A stretch of 64,000 bases of DNA from Balanoglossus misakiensis (Eukaryota > Animalia > Hemichordata). The notes under the pieces were generated by a model. The model ran no database searches and had not been told where the DNA came from. It saw nothing but the letters and a program-made list of their open reading frames with translations. A program made the translations under genes and the position numbers. The DNA lies in assembly GCA_040954595.2 (NCBI GenBank), contig CM082583.2, positions 11,173,656 to 11,237,655 of the forward strand. Direction: 5' to 3'. Below, in pieces: positions 53,167-64,000 of this stretch; within the stretch, counting starts at the first letter, position 1; the number at the start of each line of letters is the position of its first letter.

Positions 53167-56100
53167 ATGACGGAGCAAAAGAGAGGGAGATTAAAGTTTG
53201 GGCGATTTGGCAGGGCAGGGGAAGTTTTGAGAGCGTTCAAGAGACATGCCAAGCTTGGTGTTGACAGGACGGTAGACATGATTTCCTGAGAAATCCGCTA
53301 ATGTGCCGAGCTTCTGCGGGAGTCGAATTTCACGGATATGGCCAATTTCAGCGGGCAGGCTTCTTAATGGCGTCGTTGCAACAAGGTAATACGGATATTA
53401 GAGTCCTTTGAAAATGTCTGGTATGGATGTGCTGTTCAGAGATAAACAGCTTAAATGAAATGAAGGGTCATCCGTTTGACAGAAAAAAAGGGGTTGCCAA
53501 TCTGATAGTCAAAAGTGCCACTGAGACGGGCTGTTGTTAGCAGGCCTTAGAGTTAAAGTGTACTGTGCAGTTGTCATGGTTACAGTGTCAGGCTTATAAT
53601 ATCCGAGCGGGTGAAAGCAGCCTTCGCAACGTTTGGAGATTCTCGATAATATAGTCAAAATAAGGTACTGTAGCCGTATGCTGGTATACAGATGTTGTTC
53701 TCTTCTTGCCACACTCTCACTTTCTCGTTAGTGTCATGATTTCAAGGAAAGATTTATTGATATTAAAATCTCAGAAAATCCAGCGACGACCCAAAGATGG
53801 CGTCAGTCACACTAGTGTATCTATATACATGTTAATGTTTTCCCTGTACATAAGCATCAGGTTTACATTACAAAATGCGGGACCATCATTAGGGTTGTGC
53901 TCTTTGACTTTCTTTTTCAATATTTGTCTTGTCAATACTCATTACTGTTTACTCCCAACACAAAGAGGTGTAGAGGCGTATGTGTCAAACCACTCCAAAT
54001 TCGCACTGTACGAACACCATACGTCACGTTGTATGAAAGGTACTTTTATTGTTCGAAAAAATGCCACCTCCAGCAGTAAATCATAGTTTTATTGTATGAA
54101 AAATGACACGTCTGGTTGCACATTGCTGTTTTTTTAAACAAATACACTCTCTGAGTTTTGCTTTTAATTTTACAAGCCACTGAAAGAATGAAAAATTAAT
54201 GTTACACCCTACAAAAGGCTAATGGTTGGTGTGGACAATCTTTCCCATGGCTGAGGTGTTCCCAAGTTTGTACGCGTGATAACAAAATACTGAACGAATA
54301 ACCAGAAATTACACCTGGACCCCTTTAATACTCCAAACTTATAATTTATTATCATCATCGAGCAGCATGGGCAAAATACCACCCGCCATTATACGATATA
54401 TAGCTGTCTGAATAAAGCTCGTTTCACTGATTTTTAATCAATTATGTCAAAGTACATCTGACCGGCATTTAAATTACTTAATAATAATGTACAGCAAGAG
54501 TGTGTAGTTAACATCAAATACAGTTAGCAGAGCACCACACAAGGTTCACAAGCGCCTGTACACATCCTGTTTTTTCTTATATAAATCAATCAAGTGGATT
54601 GTCATTTTGGTTTGCTTATTTCGTTATGGTCTCAAGTCTGAACAAAAATTAACCCCATTTGAACAACGCGATTAAAATGGCATGTGAGTGCCATCCATAC
54701 GTGTGAATACAACTCACTTATATCTACATCTTTCAAACCAATCCATTATAATTATGTTTACCCATATACGGTAGTTCAATGCCCTCGGGCCATGAAGCAT
54801 GCTCATCACACTCAAAATAATATTGTCAAATTCTCTGTTCTGTCTGCAGAATTATAGGGGGATGTCACAATGTAACGCGAACAGCCAGTATTTTAACCTA
54901 TTAAAAGAGTCAAACGGGCACAAAGGAAAACTCCACAAGATCAGTTATTCAGGTAAAGGTTACACAGATTGTGTTACTAGAAAAAAGGAACTACACATTT
55001 CAAATGATTTGTTACAAATCAGCACCCTGCGCCATTCTTACTTCTTTTAATCCTCAATATTTACTTGGAGTATCTGACTGTGTTAAGAGAATGATTAAAC
55101 TCATTTACTGATATACACAACGTCGTTGTTCGGTTACAGTTTCAAAGCAAGCAAACAATAGTCTGGGCGCAGAACATACGTTCAAGTTTGAATTCTAAAT
55201 TTACAGCAGACGTAATCTATACAAACTCATTTCCTTAGAGTAACAGAATGCAATTTGATCACATTTCCACTCATTCTGCTATGACTTCCTCATGAAAAAA
55301 ATCATTCACATATCACTTTGGTAATCCAGCACTGACAAATTTCAAACCTCATTTCCAATATACCCTTTTGGTAAAAAAGACAGACATGGTAGCTTTAAAA
55401 CCTAAGTGACATAGTGGAGAATGGTGAACACAGAATGGATGTTTTATATTTTGTGGATTTTCACTGAAATCAATAATCCTGTCCAGACGTTCTATAAAAG
55501 GTATCCAACAAGAGTCACGTTCTGCCAATGAACAAATCACCCAGACGTCTTGGAGAAGGGTTGAAAAGCGTCTACTGGTGCAAACAGCAATATGATAAGC
55601 TTAGTTTGAATATAAATTGCCGAAATCATGCGTAAAAGCATATATTCACTGATTTATTTAGCACAATGCTGACACGACTGCCTGGCTCCAATAGATACAC
55701 AGGAATAATCAGGATTCTAAAAGCGTGATGACATCATCACTTTGCAAATCAAAATGTTTGTCAATGTTGTTGCATTATTAAAAGGTGGGCTTCAAGATGA
55801 TATTAAAAGGATTATCTCACAGTTGGTTCACATGGACTAACAGACAAAATCGGTGGGTGTCCCGGGTGGGTGTGGGAGGTTTTATTACTGTTCCTCATTT
55901 ACTAGAGGCAAACCCTACTAATAGCATATCAAAACAGATGCAGGTAATAAAAGTTTAATGGACTCTTGTGAATGCATGGTTCAATTAGCTGTTTCGTGTT
56001 GTGTTAGGCCGCCAGCCACGCAAATATTTGGCGCCAAAATATGAAACACAGCCAGGGGGTTTACAGACTGACGTCAACATGGGTTGTTGGATGAATGTTT

Positions 56101-56805
56101 CCAAGACGCTTATGGTCAAGTTGAACGACGTGCAGGGATTGTCGATTTTCTCACGGTTTCAATCATGAAGCACCATAGAGGATTTGACACTGTGATATTA
56201 GAATAAATTGTAATATTATTTGGCTAACACCCATTAACCCGCAAAACACGAATAATATACACTTGTCAGTGTCAAAGCAAGAATGATAAATACATTGTTC
56301 CAATTGCACGATATTCTTCGCGCACCAAAGAGGAAACAATCTACAGTAATAGATGTCATTCAACGAGATACACGCAAAAACTTCGACTCCGAGTCGACAC
56401 CGACTGACCTGGATGGACAGGTAACGTCAATTGAATTGGCACAAGAAGTGTTCTTTATCCATCAAGAGATTATAGGTTTAACGGAATACCTCTCTTGAGG
56501 ACATGAATCATACAGGGCCTTGTACGTTGCAAGCTTTAAACAACGTCATCTTGCAATTGGCCAAGCAGGTAAGCGTATGTAATCTGTCTCAGGAAAAGTG
56601 CTGAACATACCTGGTAGTACGCATGCAACTTTTAAATTTAATTTCAATACTATTATAATATTAATGGTTGCTCAGTCGAGTTTTCCGGTGTATCCAAGCA
56701 GACCCGTCCAGTGGCTACAAGTTAGATTGAAAGCGAGTGATAACACAACCTATGTTGGCACGAAAGGGCAAAGCGATAATGAAACATATTCATCGCTGCC
56801 TGTAT

Positions 56806-57906
56806 TCAGTGTTTAGTGAGAGCTTGTTGCTCAGATAACTCAACCGCGCACGTCGACACCGACAAATGGTGACCGTTGTCGACCAGCGTAGACCGGACAG
56901 GCAATCGGACGTTGTCGGGTTGTTGATGGTGATGGTGGCTATGGTGGTGATGGTGCTGTCGCAGGTTTTCTCGGAAGTCCTGTTTGAAGCAGGCGTAGAC
57001 AACCGGATTCAGCGAGCTGTTGGCGTACGTAAGGCACTGGGACATGTAGTAGACAAAAACCAACGCCACGCCAGAATTGCTGTTGTTCGGCAGCAGGTTC
57101 AGGCGAATTGTCCAGAAAGGCAGCCAGCATATCACAAACACAGCGACTGCCATCAGTATCATCAGACCGACCCTGCCCAGTTTGGATTTTGAGTTGCGGC
57201 CCTTCGAGCCCCGTGCCAGGTGCACCAGTATCTTGGTGTAGCAGATCATAACAACTACAAGCGGCAAGACGAACCCAAGGGCAAAAGAGTACAGGGAGAA
57301 GAGTTTCATGACCCAGTCAGAGCAGTGGATGTTGCACTGAATCGTGCCCCCTGCGTACTTCCGCGTGGTGGAGCAAATCCAGAGCGGTATGGTCACGGTA
57401 ATGGAAATGAGCCAGAGCAAAATACACACCACCTGTGCCTGGAAGATGGTGCGGTGGTTTTGCGACCACACTGCGTGAACTATTGCCAGGTACCGGTCGA
57501 CGCTCATGGCAGTCAGCGTAAAGATTCCCGTAAACATATTCATACCGTCAATACCGGTGACTATCTTGCACATCACTTCGCCAAAAGGCCAGTCTCTGGT
57601 GATATACGGCACGGCTAGAAAGACGAGAACCAACACGAAAAGGAAGTCGGCAGAGGCCAGGTTCAGTATGTACATATTCGGAACTGTCTTCATGTTCTTG
57701 TGTAGCAAAATCAACAGGATGACGAGACCATTGCCAATCAGACCAGTCACGCAGATGACGCTGTAGATGAACGGGATGAGGATGTGGTAGAACCAAAGAG
57801 GAACCCCTTCGCCGCCAAAGTCTGTCGAATTGCTCTCTGTGCCGACCGTGCCGGTGACATTCACGTCCCAGCTCGGCAGAGTGGTGAGAGCGCCGTTGCT
57901 AGACAT
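56806..57906 (-). CDS. Somatostatin/allatostatin-C receptor-like class A GPCR, single coding exon, ~366 aa
   Basis: Seven hydrophobic helices. Motifs GLIGNGLV, NMYILNLASAD, WPFGEVMCK, IDGMNMFTGIFTLTAMSVDRY (TM3 Asp plus DRY), GFVLPL, CWLPF, YANSSLNPVVY. N-glycosylation sequons NVT and NST. First ATG is at 57906; the ORF track's GTG start at 57954 is unlikely. Confidence 0.9.
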   Translation of the reverse strand: MSSNGALTTLPSWDVNVTGTVGTESNSTDFGGEGVPLWFYHILIPFIYSVICVTGLIGNGLVILLILLHKNMKTVPNMYILNLASADFLFVLVLVFLAVPYITRDWPFGEVMCKIVTGIDGMNMFTGIFTLTAMSVDRYLAIVHAVWSQNHRTIFQAQVVCILLWLISITVTIPLWICSTTRKYAGGTIQCNIHCSDWVMKLFSLYSFALGFVLPLVVVMICYTKILVHLARGSKGRNSKSKLGRVGLMILMAVAVFVICWLPFWTIRLNLLPNNSNSGVALVFVYYMSQCLTYANSSLNPVVYACFKQDFRENLRQHHHHHSHHHHQQPDNVRLPVRSTLVDNGHHLSVSTCAVELSEQQALTKH

Positions 57907-57963
57907 CGCGTCCAGCGACACCGTTGTGAATGCAGCTGAGGGAAACTGTTCCACTCTGTGTAT

Positions 57964-58008
57964 TTACACCGAGTCTGCCTGCTGCCAATTGGACGATGTC
58001 GACATCAT
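57964..58008 (-). promoter_or_regulatory. Upstream ORF (MMSTSSNWQQADSV*) in frame with the GPCR CDS
   Basis: ATG ATG at 58008/58005 reads to TAA at 57966-57964, in the same frame as, and 57 nt before, the GPCR ATG at 57906. Confidence 0.45.
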
Positions 58009-61000
58009 GGAAGTGAGGAATGAACTGGCGACGCACACGACAAGGACAGCAACTGAAGAGCCCATTGATGATATTACCTAAGTCATGTGATCACAGACAT
58101 ACGAATGAAATGGTTTGTTTACCGAATGCACAAAGGCGGGCATTCCCTTCAAGTACTAATGAAATCGGACATACAGCAGGGACCTGGGGATACCGGCTAA
58201 ATTACTGGATCAGGTGGTCGAACGATAATGATATGACAGCCGCAGGACAAGCTCGGTTATTTGACAGCAGTTGTCGACTAAAGAAAATACTCAGGCCGGT
58301 GTGCTTTTGAGCAGCGCTCAGCGCTGAAATCAGATCTCTTCATGATAATTATCGATTATCTCATGCATTTCACTCAGAAATGACACCTTTCAGGTAATTT
58401 CGAATCAAAGAATTCAACAATTACCCGACGACTGCTCTTATCTCTAGCATCTCTGCCTTCACCATGGTAACCATTAATATTTTCCAAACAGCGGCCTCTT
58501 CTGTTAGTGAGTGTGTATAGTGGCGCTCAAAGAAACAAAAATGCTTTAATTGTTAGCATTGTCTACCTCAAAGTGAAAGTGGTATTCTATTATCCGCACA
58601 AGATGTGCAACATCTCAGGAAATAAAAGTTTTTTTCCCTTGATATTCACCCATGAATTTCAATCAATAGCATATGGTGTCTCCATCGTCTCCGATTAACC
58701 TTCGTTCTAATTTATCATGCAGTAGTCATGGATATGAAATTGTAGCACCACCTCAAACCCCGCGTAATGAGAAATGTAACCGATAGTGTACATTTCCGTA
58801 TGTTTGCAATTCTACAGAATATATATTATTCTTTCTGGGGAATCACGTCCAGTTAAATAATTACCCTGGTGGCAGTTGACTGTGTGTGTAGTAAAAGAAC
58901 CAATTGAACCAAACCATGATGTGCGTTACAACTGGTACACACAAGACCGATAAACAATTTATTTTCAACACCCGTATTGTCACAGCAATATCGGTCTCCA
59001 AGAGACTGGCGTCTCAGACTAGGCAATACTGAACCATAGCAACATACAATGTATGTTTTTAAAACCTCTCTGTCCGGTGATTAGGTTTCGCCTAATGGCT
59101 TTCAGTGACAATAAATCAGTGACTTAATTATATACAAGGCAGCCTCCATCTTCACACTGAGAACTTTAGCTTTTGCTCGAAGGAAGCTTGTACACAACAC
59201 CTCATACGACATACAAACAACTAGTGGACTGATCGAGATCTGTGCATATCAAATATTAATGGTGAGAACGTGACATTTACTGCGTCAGAAACAGATGGAT
59301 GTTATTGACAAGCCAGGTTCGGTGTTTGTTTGATTGGTATTGACTGCTTGGCTCTTGCGCCTGAAGTAAACAAGCTGAGTCAGTGACTTTGAAGTGGTCG
59401 AATGTGCGAGGGCGTTTCTGGCACTAATGCATCTTTTTGTCACAAGGGAAATCATGTAGACCGATTGTTAAACTACCAGGTGGCCGTCCATGTCCATGTA
59501 AGGTAGACCGTACCCCGGGAAAGATATTAGGTGTTCATCATCCTGTTCCAGACAGGATGGACTTTTCTATCCTGCCAAAGTGTTAATTTTCTTTCAAAAA
59601 TGACGTACTAGTTAGATTGTGTTTGTTTTGGATAGTGGAAATAATTCAAATAGCAGACAATCCACAAGATAATTCTGTCCTCATTGCAATGTGCATAAAT
59701 ACTTATAACATGCCAAATGAGGCAGAAATAGAGTCTTACTAGCTATAAATCATTAGAGTGTTATCAATGGCAAGAATTCAATGTAAATATAGGAAGTATT
59801 CTTGTGTCTAGAGTAATTGGAAATATTATTAGAAATATCCCACTCAGATTCCTTTTATAATATGATCTTCATTCAAAATCACTAATGGGATTTTCTATAA
59901 CTCCCGTTAAGTCGGGGTAATGAGGAAAATAGAGTGATAGACACGTCAAAAGAAATCCATTATAAAATCCAACCAAAGTGTATATTGATACGTGCCGACT
60001 TTAAACAAAAAATACCCTAAATGGCATTTGCGAATTTCACTTTGATGTGGCATTACCCAATTAATTTATTTCTTAATGCGCCTCGAGTGCTTATAGATTT
60101 ATTCGAGTTTTTTTAATTCTATTGATTAAAATTGTATATAATTAATTAATTATTTAAAATAACCTACTGTCGAATCGGACGTTGGAACAGGTGCAAATCA
60201 CCAAGCCTATAGCACACCAGTTCCCCAAAGGATACGAGCAGTTAAAAGACATGAAAATGTATGACAAATTAAAAACACAAACAGAATAGGAAATTTCAAA
60301 GGTAAAATTGCCATGTCATGATGGTCTGCATGGCCCAGTCCATGTACAATAGTTTTCTGGATCAAATGAATTGGAAAATGTGTTCTACTACCATATTTAT
60401 TGTCATGTCATATGCTATCGGCATAGCAAACGACAAAAATCCTACAGAGGGCGCTCGCCTGTAACATTCCCGCTATGATACTTCTTAAAATTTAGATTTC
60501 AGCCAGATAGAATGTAGTTGCATTATAAAAATGGCATCACCCGAGAAGTGTTGAACACATTTTGTGTCCAGAAATTTTTTATGGAAATATTCTCAGCCAT
60601 GCAACTTAAATCTATAGTTTTCAAAACAGGGAATGCAGCCAATTGTGATATCATTGTAATTGGGGTCAGAACGAGGTCATTGGCAGGCTAGATAATCATT
60701 TGAAAAATGAAAGAATAGTTGAATCACGTTATTGCAAATAGAGAACCCAGGATATCATAATTTTGGATCTTTTTCGTCCCTGTGGTCTACTTAAAGAAGG
60801 GCCCAGCTGTTGAGGAGATACAGAAAAGCAACAACATGCCTTATTATTCTCCAGGCACCGTATGGCTGCGTGTTCAACCATCCGACATTTTAGTGTGTAA
60901 AGCCATTTCTGATTACATTTCCTGTGTGACCCTCCGTGCGGTGCTTGCATGTGTATCCATGACAACTAAAATTCAAGCATGAAGAGCCAGAGAATGTCAT

Positions 61001-64000
61001 GACATTCAAATTTAAATTAAAACCAAACTTGCATACCCAATGTATAAGACCTCCAGTGTTTTAACCAAAAGTCAAACTAGTGACTTTCATTCATTCATTC
61101 CTTAAGGTTGTGACTGCAACCAGCATTTTTGAACAACTATAACACTTTCACAAACATTTTGTGGATTTGCAATGTTGATGAAAGAGCGGAAAGACAAATG
61201 AAAATATGGCAGACATTTTGAAGATATCTTTATGAATTGCCATTACCCGTTCTCTAATTCAAGTTGTTTCAGAATTAAAGAAAGTACAAGTGAGATAAAC
61301 ACCCTACTTGAAGAGTACAGAATCCGATACATATGTTTGCTGGGTGATACAACCTGTTACCATAATAAACTGACAGAGAGCAACATATGGCTCATATGCA
61401 CTACTTTATATTGTGTCTGGCACTACCCATATTGCAGAAAACTCTTCCGTATGGAGTTGCACAGAGAGTTGTGTGAACTGTGACATTTATTGTTACTGCA
61501 AAGTACACAACTCACATGCATGCATTGAACAGCACAACAGAGTGTTCATATTCAACATATTCACATATACATGTATTATACACCATTCATTTCTTTATGA
61601 TGATATTGAAAATTAATATGGATCACTTATAATGCATCTACGGTACAATTTGCGCTTAGCTCGATTTTAACTTTGCTTTGGTGAATAGATTGAATTCCAT
61701 CACCACATCTCAGTAGAGTTTGCACCATTTTATCACAAGAACACCTTGGTGTTGACCTACTTGGTAATAGAGTACAGTGATGAGAGTGGTGATTTATCCA
61801 CAGGAACACATAAGGGCAATTTTGCATAGTATGACACTGTAATGACTTTCTCATAAAAGAGCAATCAATGTTCTCCTGTGCTAGATTGCTTAGATACATC
61901 AGACCCAACCAGCAAATCCTGCACTTGCTATCACCAACAGTTGAACTCATCAAGAAGGTAATTTCACAGAGAGGATATATGTTGATATGCTGATGGATTA
62001 GCGAGTGCTATCATAATTACCAATCTGGGATTACCTGCAGATCTGCCCACATGTGGTAACAGGTACCAGCTATTTTTCAATCTCTACGCCGCATAAGAAA
62101 AATGTCATCTATAATATACGCAAATTGTGTCTTAGAGTTTCGGGCGTGTCAGCTAATAGTACATGTATGCAGGGCAGTGGGTCGTAGTTTACACTTCAAC
62201 AATGCAATTTTGATTCATTAGAAACGCATCACTCCATTTTCGTGATATCGAACTTGTTCGGTGATTGTCCCGCACCAAAGAACCTGTTCAATTAAGATAG
62301 CAATCATGAGTTCAATAGTTGTATCAATTTTTTATGCATCATCTGGCAGCTTCGTTTGATTGTCGAGATGAGACTTTGAGGCGCCATGTGTGGGTTGCAG
62401 TTTAATCGACACGCGAGTTAAGAGAAAAACACCTGAAATGTGTGTGTTGAAGACCATGTGTAATACATGTAGCTTTGTGTGGTGTTTTGTTCAGTTTAGG
62501 TATCCAGTATAAATAGGCAGGTCATCCTGTGATATTTGCAATAGGTGTATTGATATCTGCAAACTATATTGAACGGCGCTTGCTAAATGTTTAACCAGTG
62601 TTACAAACAATAAACCTTTGACATTAGGGTAACTGAATTCTGCCTGTGACCTTACCATAGTCAATACAAATTAACGGTAAAATCTACTAAAACCACATCA
62701 AAATACGATTATCCACCAGCTATGAATCTAGTCATACTTGTATTTCCTTTGATATGTGAGAGTGCTTTGAACTATAGGAAACCATGTACCGGTATAATGC
62801 TTTAGGGTGCACAGATAGTGTACAGCTTTTAAAAAGTTTTACGTCAAAAATCCATACATTTGTCTTCCACCCCCAGAAGAAAAAGGAAGCTGTTTTTTTA
62901 TCAGCTGTCTGTCACTGGTACATTTTCACCTTAAGGTTTCCGTCACAGTTTCCGTGAATGAGAAGTGATATTATGACAAGTCAGTATGTTGTTCCCGGCT
63001 TAATGTTGAGGTAACATGTACTGACAATGACACACATGTGAGACGTTTAGAAGTCAACTGTGTTGGTGAGAAAATTCTATGTTCGCCTCGTGAAATGAAA
63101 TAAAAGATATGGTGTTGACTTTATGATCACAAATCCAACATGCAATATCAGAGGACTGAGGTCATGTTTCCTCATGTATTTTCACATTTCACAATTCTAA
63201 CTGCGTGTTTTATTTTCCATCACACAGAGCCCACATGGCCATTAAGGGAAGTGGTGACAACCCTACGCGTGTGTAAATTTCCTTATCTATGCAACAGTTT
63301 GTTTTGCGCCACAGCAGTAATAAAAAAGAAATCCCAATAAAGCTCAGGTTTATTGGCTTCCGTGTCTCCATTTGCATATTTATTGGAACTAACCTGGATA
63401 TCTTTGTACACTGAAGCTTCACAGGTTATTGCGGTTGGGGCATTATACTGTACAAATTTGTCCTGAATTTTCAAGATTTATCAATGATATCATAAGAGAT
63501 TGGTCAATTTAAATCCGAACATCTGTGAATACCTGTACACTTTATATACAACTAGTTGGTTGATATTTCATTTATGCAAAATTCCCAGCCAGATACAACA
63601 GCAAAATAATTGGGGGAAATACCACGTAGATACCGAGATTTAAAGTCAGCAGTGACAGTGCCGTGTACCTAGGCCAATTTGTGAAAATGGTTTGTGGCGA
63701 GTGGAGAATGAAATTACAGGTAGCATAAGAAGGGGTATTCGCCCCTCAGGGTTGCATACTGTTACCCAGTCATCGGCAAAACTCACGCCTCATTTTCAAC
63801 TGTTCAATACATTGAAGGACAAAACTTTAGAATACATTTCCTTTGGCTAAATGCAAGCGGACTGCACGTCGACTCAATTATCTCTCACATGGAACGACTG
63901 TGATGAGAACGTGCTTGTCAGGACAAATTGTACAATTCTGTAAGTCCTTGGATGGTTATATATAGCCACAGTTCTCGTCAATTTACATGGTTTAGAATTA

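Noticed and set aside
51525-54328. TTAAAGGGG...CCCCTTTAA as ends of a 2.8-kb Kolobok-like element
   Set aside because: The match is only ~9-12 bp and there is no transposase remnant inside; compatible with chance.
56790-58081. Short ORFs overlapping the GPCR
   Set aside because: Antisense or alternate-frame shadows.
1-64000. CRISPR arrays, operons, prokaryotic defence systems, rRNA
   Set aside because: No repeat-spacer structure or rRNA-like sequence seen; the gene structure is spliceosomal eukaryotic.

Overview
AT-rich eukaryotic (animal, probably marine invertebrate; taxon is inference only) genomic DNA with GT-AG introns. I found no prokaryotic features, rRNA, CRISPR array or intact transposase. 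Four protein-coding genes are supported. (1) A 2-coding-exon MYORG-like GH31 type II membrane glycosidase (+, 5832-9536, ~699 aa) whose catalytic Asp residues appear to be substituted. (2) A FEM1A/C-type ankyrin-repeat CRL2 substrate receptor with an intronless CDS (-, 14013-15893). (3) A 4-exon kyphoscoliosis peptidase (KY)-like transglutaminase-fold protein with an MGC acylation motif and five C-terminal ~120-aa repeats (+, 18359-21684, ~881 aa). (4) A somatostatin/allatostatin-C receptor-like GPCR with an intronless CDS, a poly-His tail and an in-frame uORF (-, 56806-57906). About 35 kb between the KY-like gene and the GPCR has no recognisable CDS. Non-coding features include a fully palindromic TTAA-flanked MITE in the MYORG intron (plus a half copy), a second hairpin element, a pure (TATG)68 array, a 150-bp tandem repeat, and a strong excess of TACATGTA/TACCGGTA octamers resembling Tc1/mariner excision footprints. 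The best candidate novelty is the GH31 pseudo-glycosidase. All family assignments come from motifs recalled and compared by eye, not from database searches.
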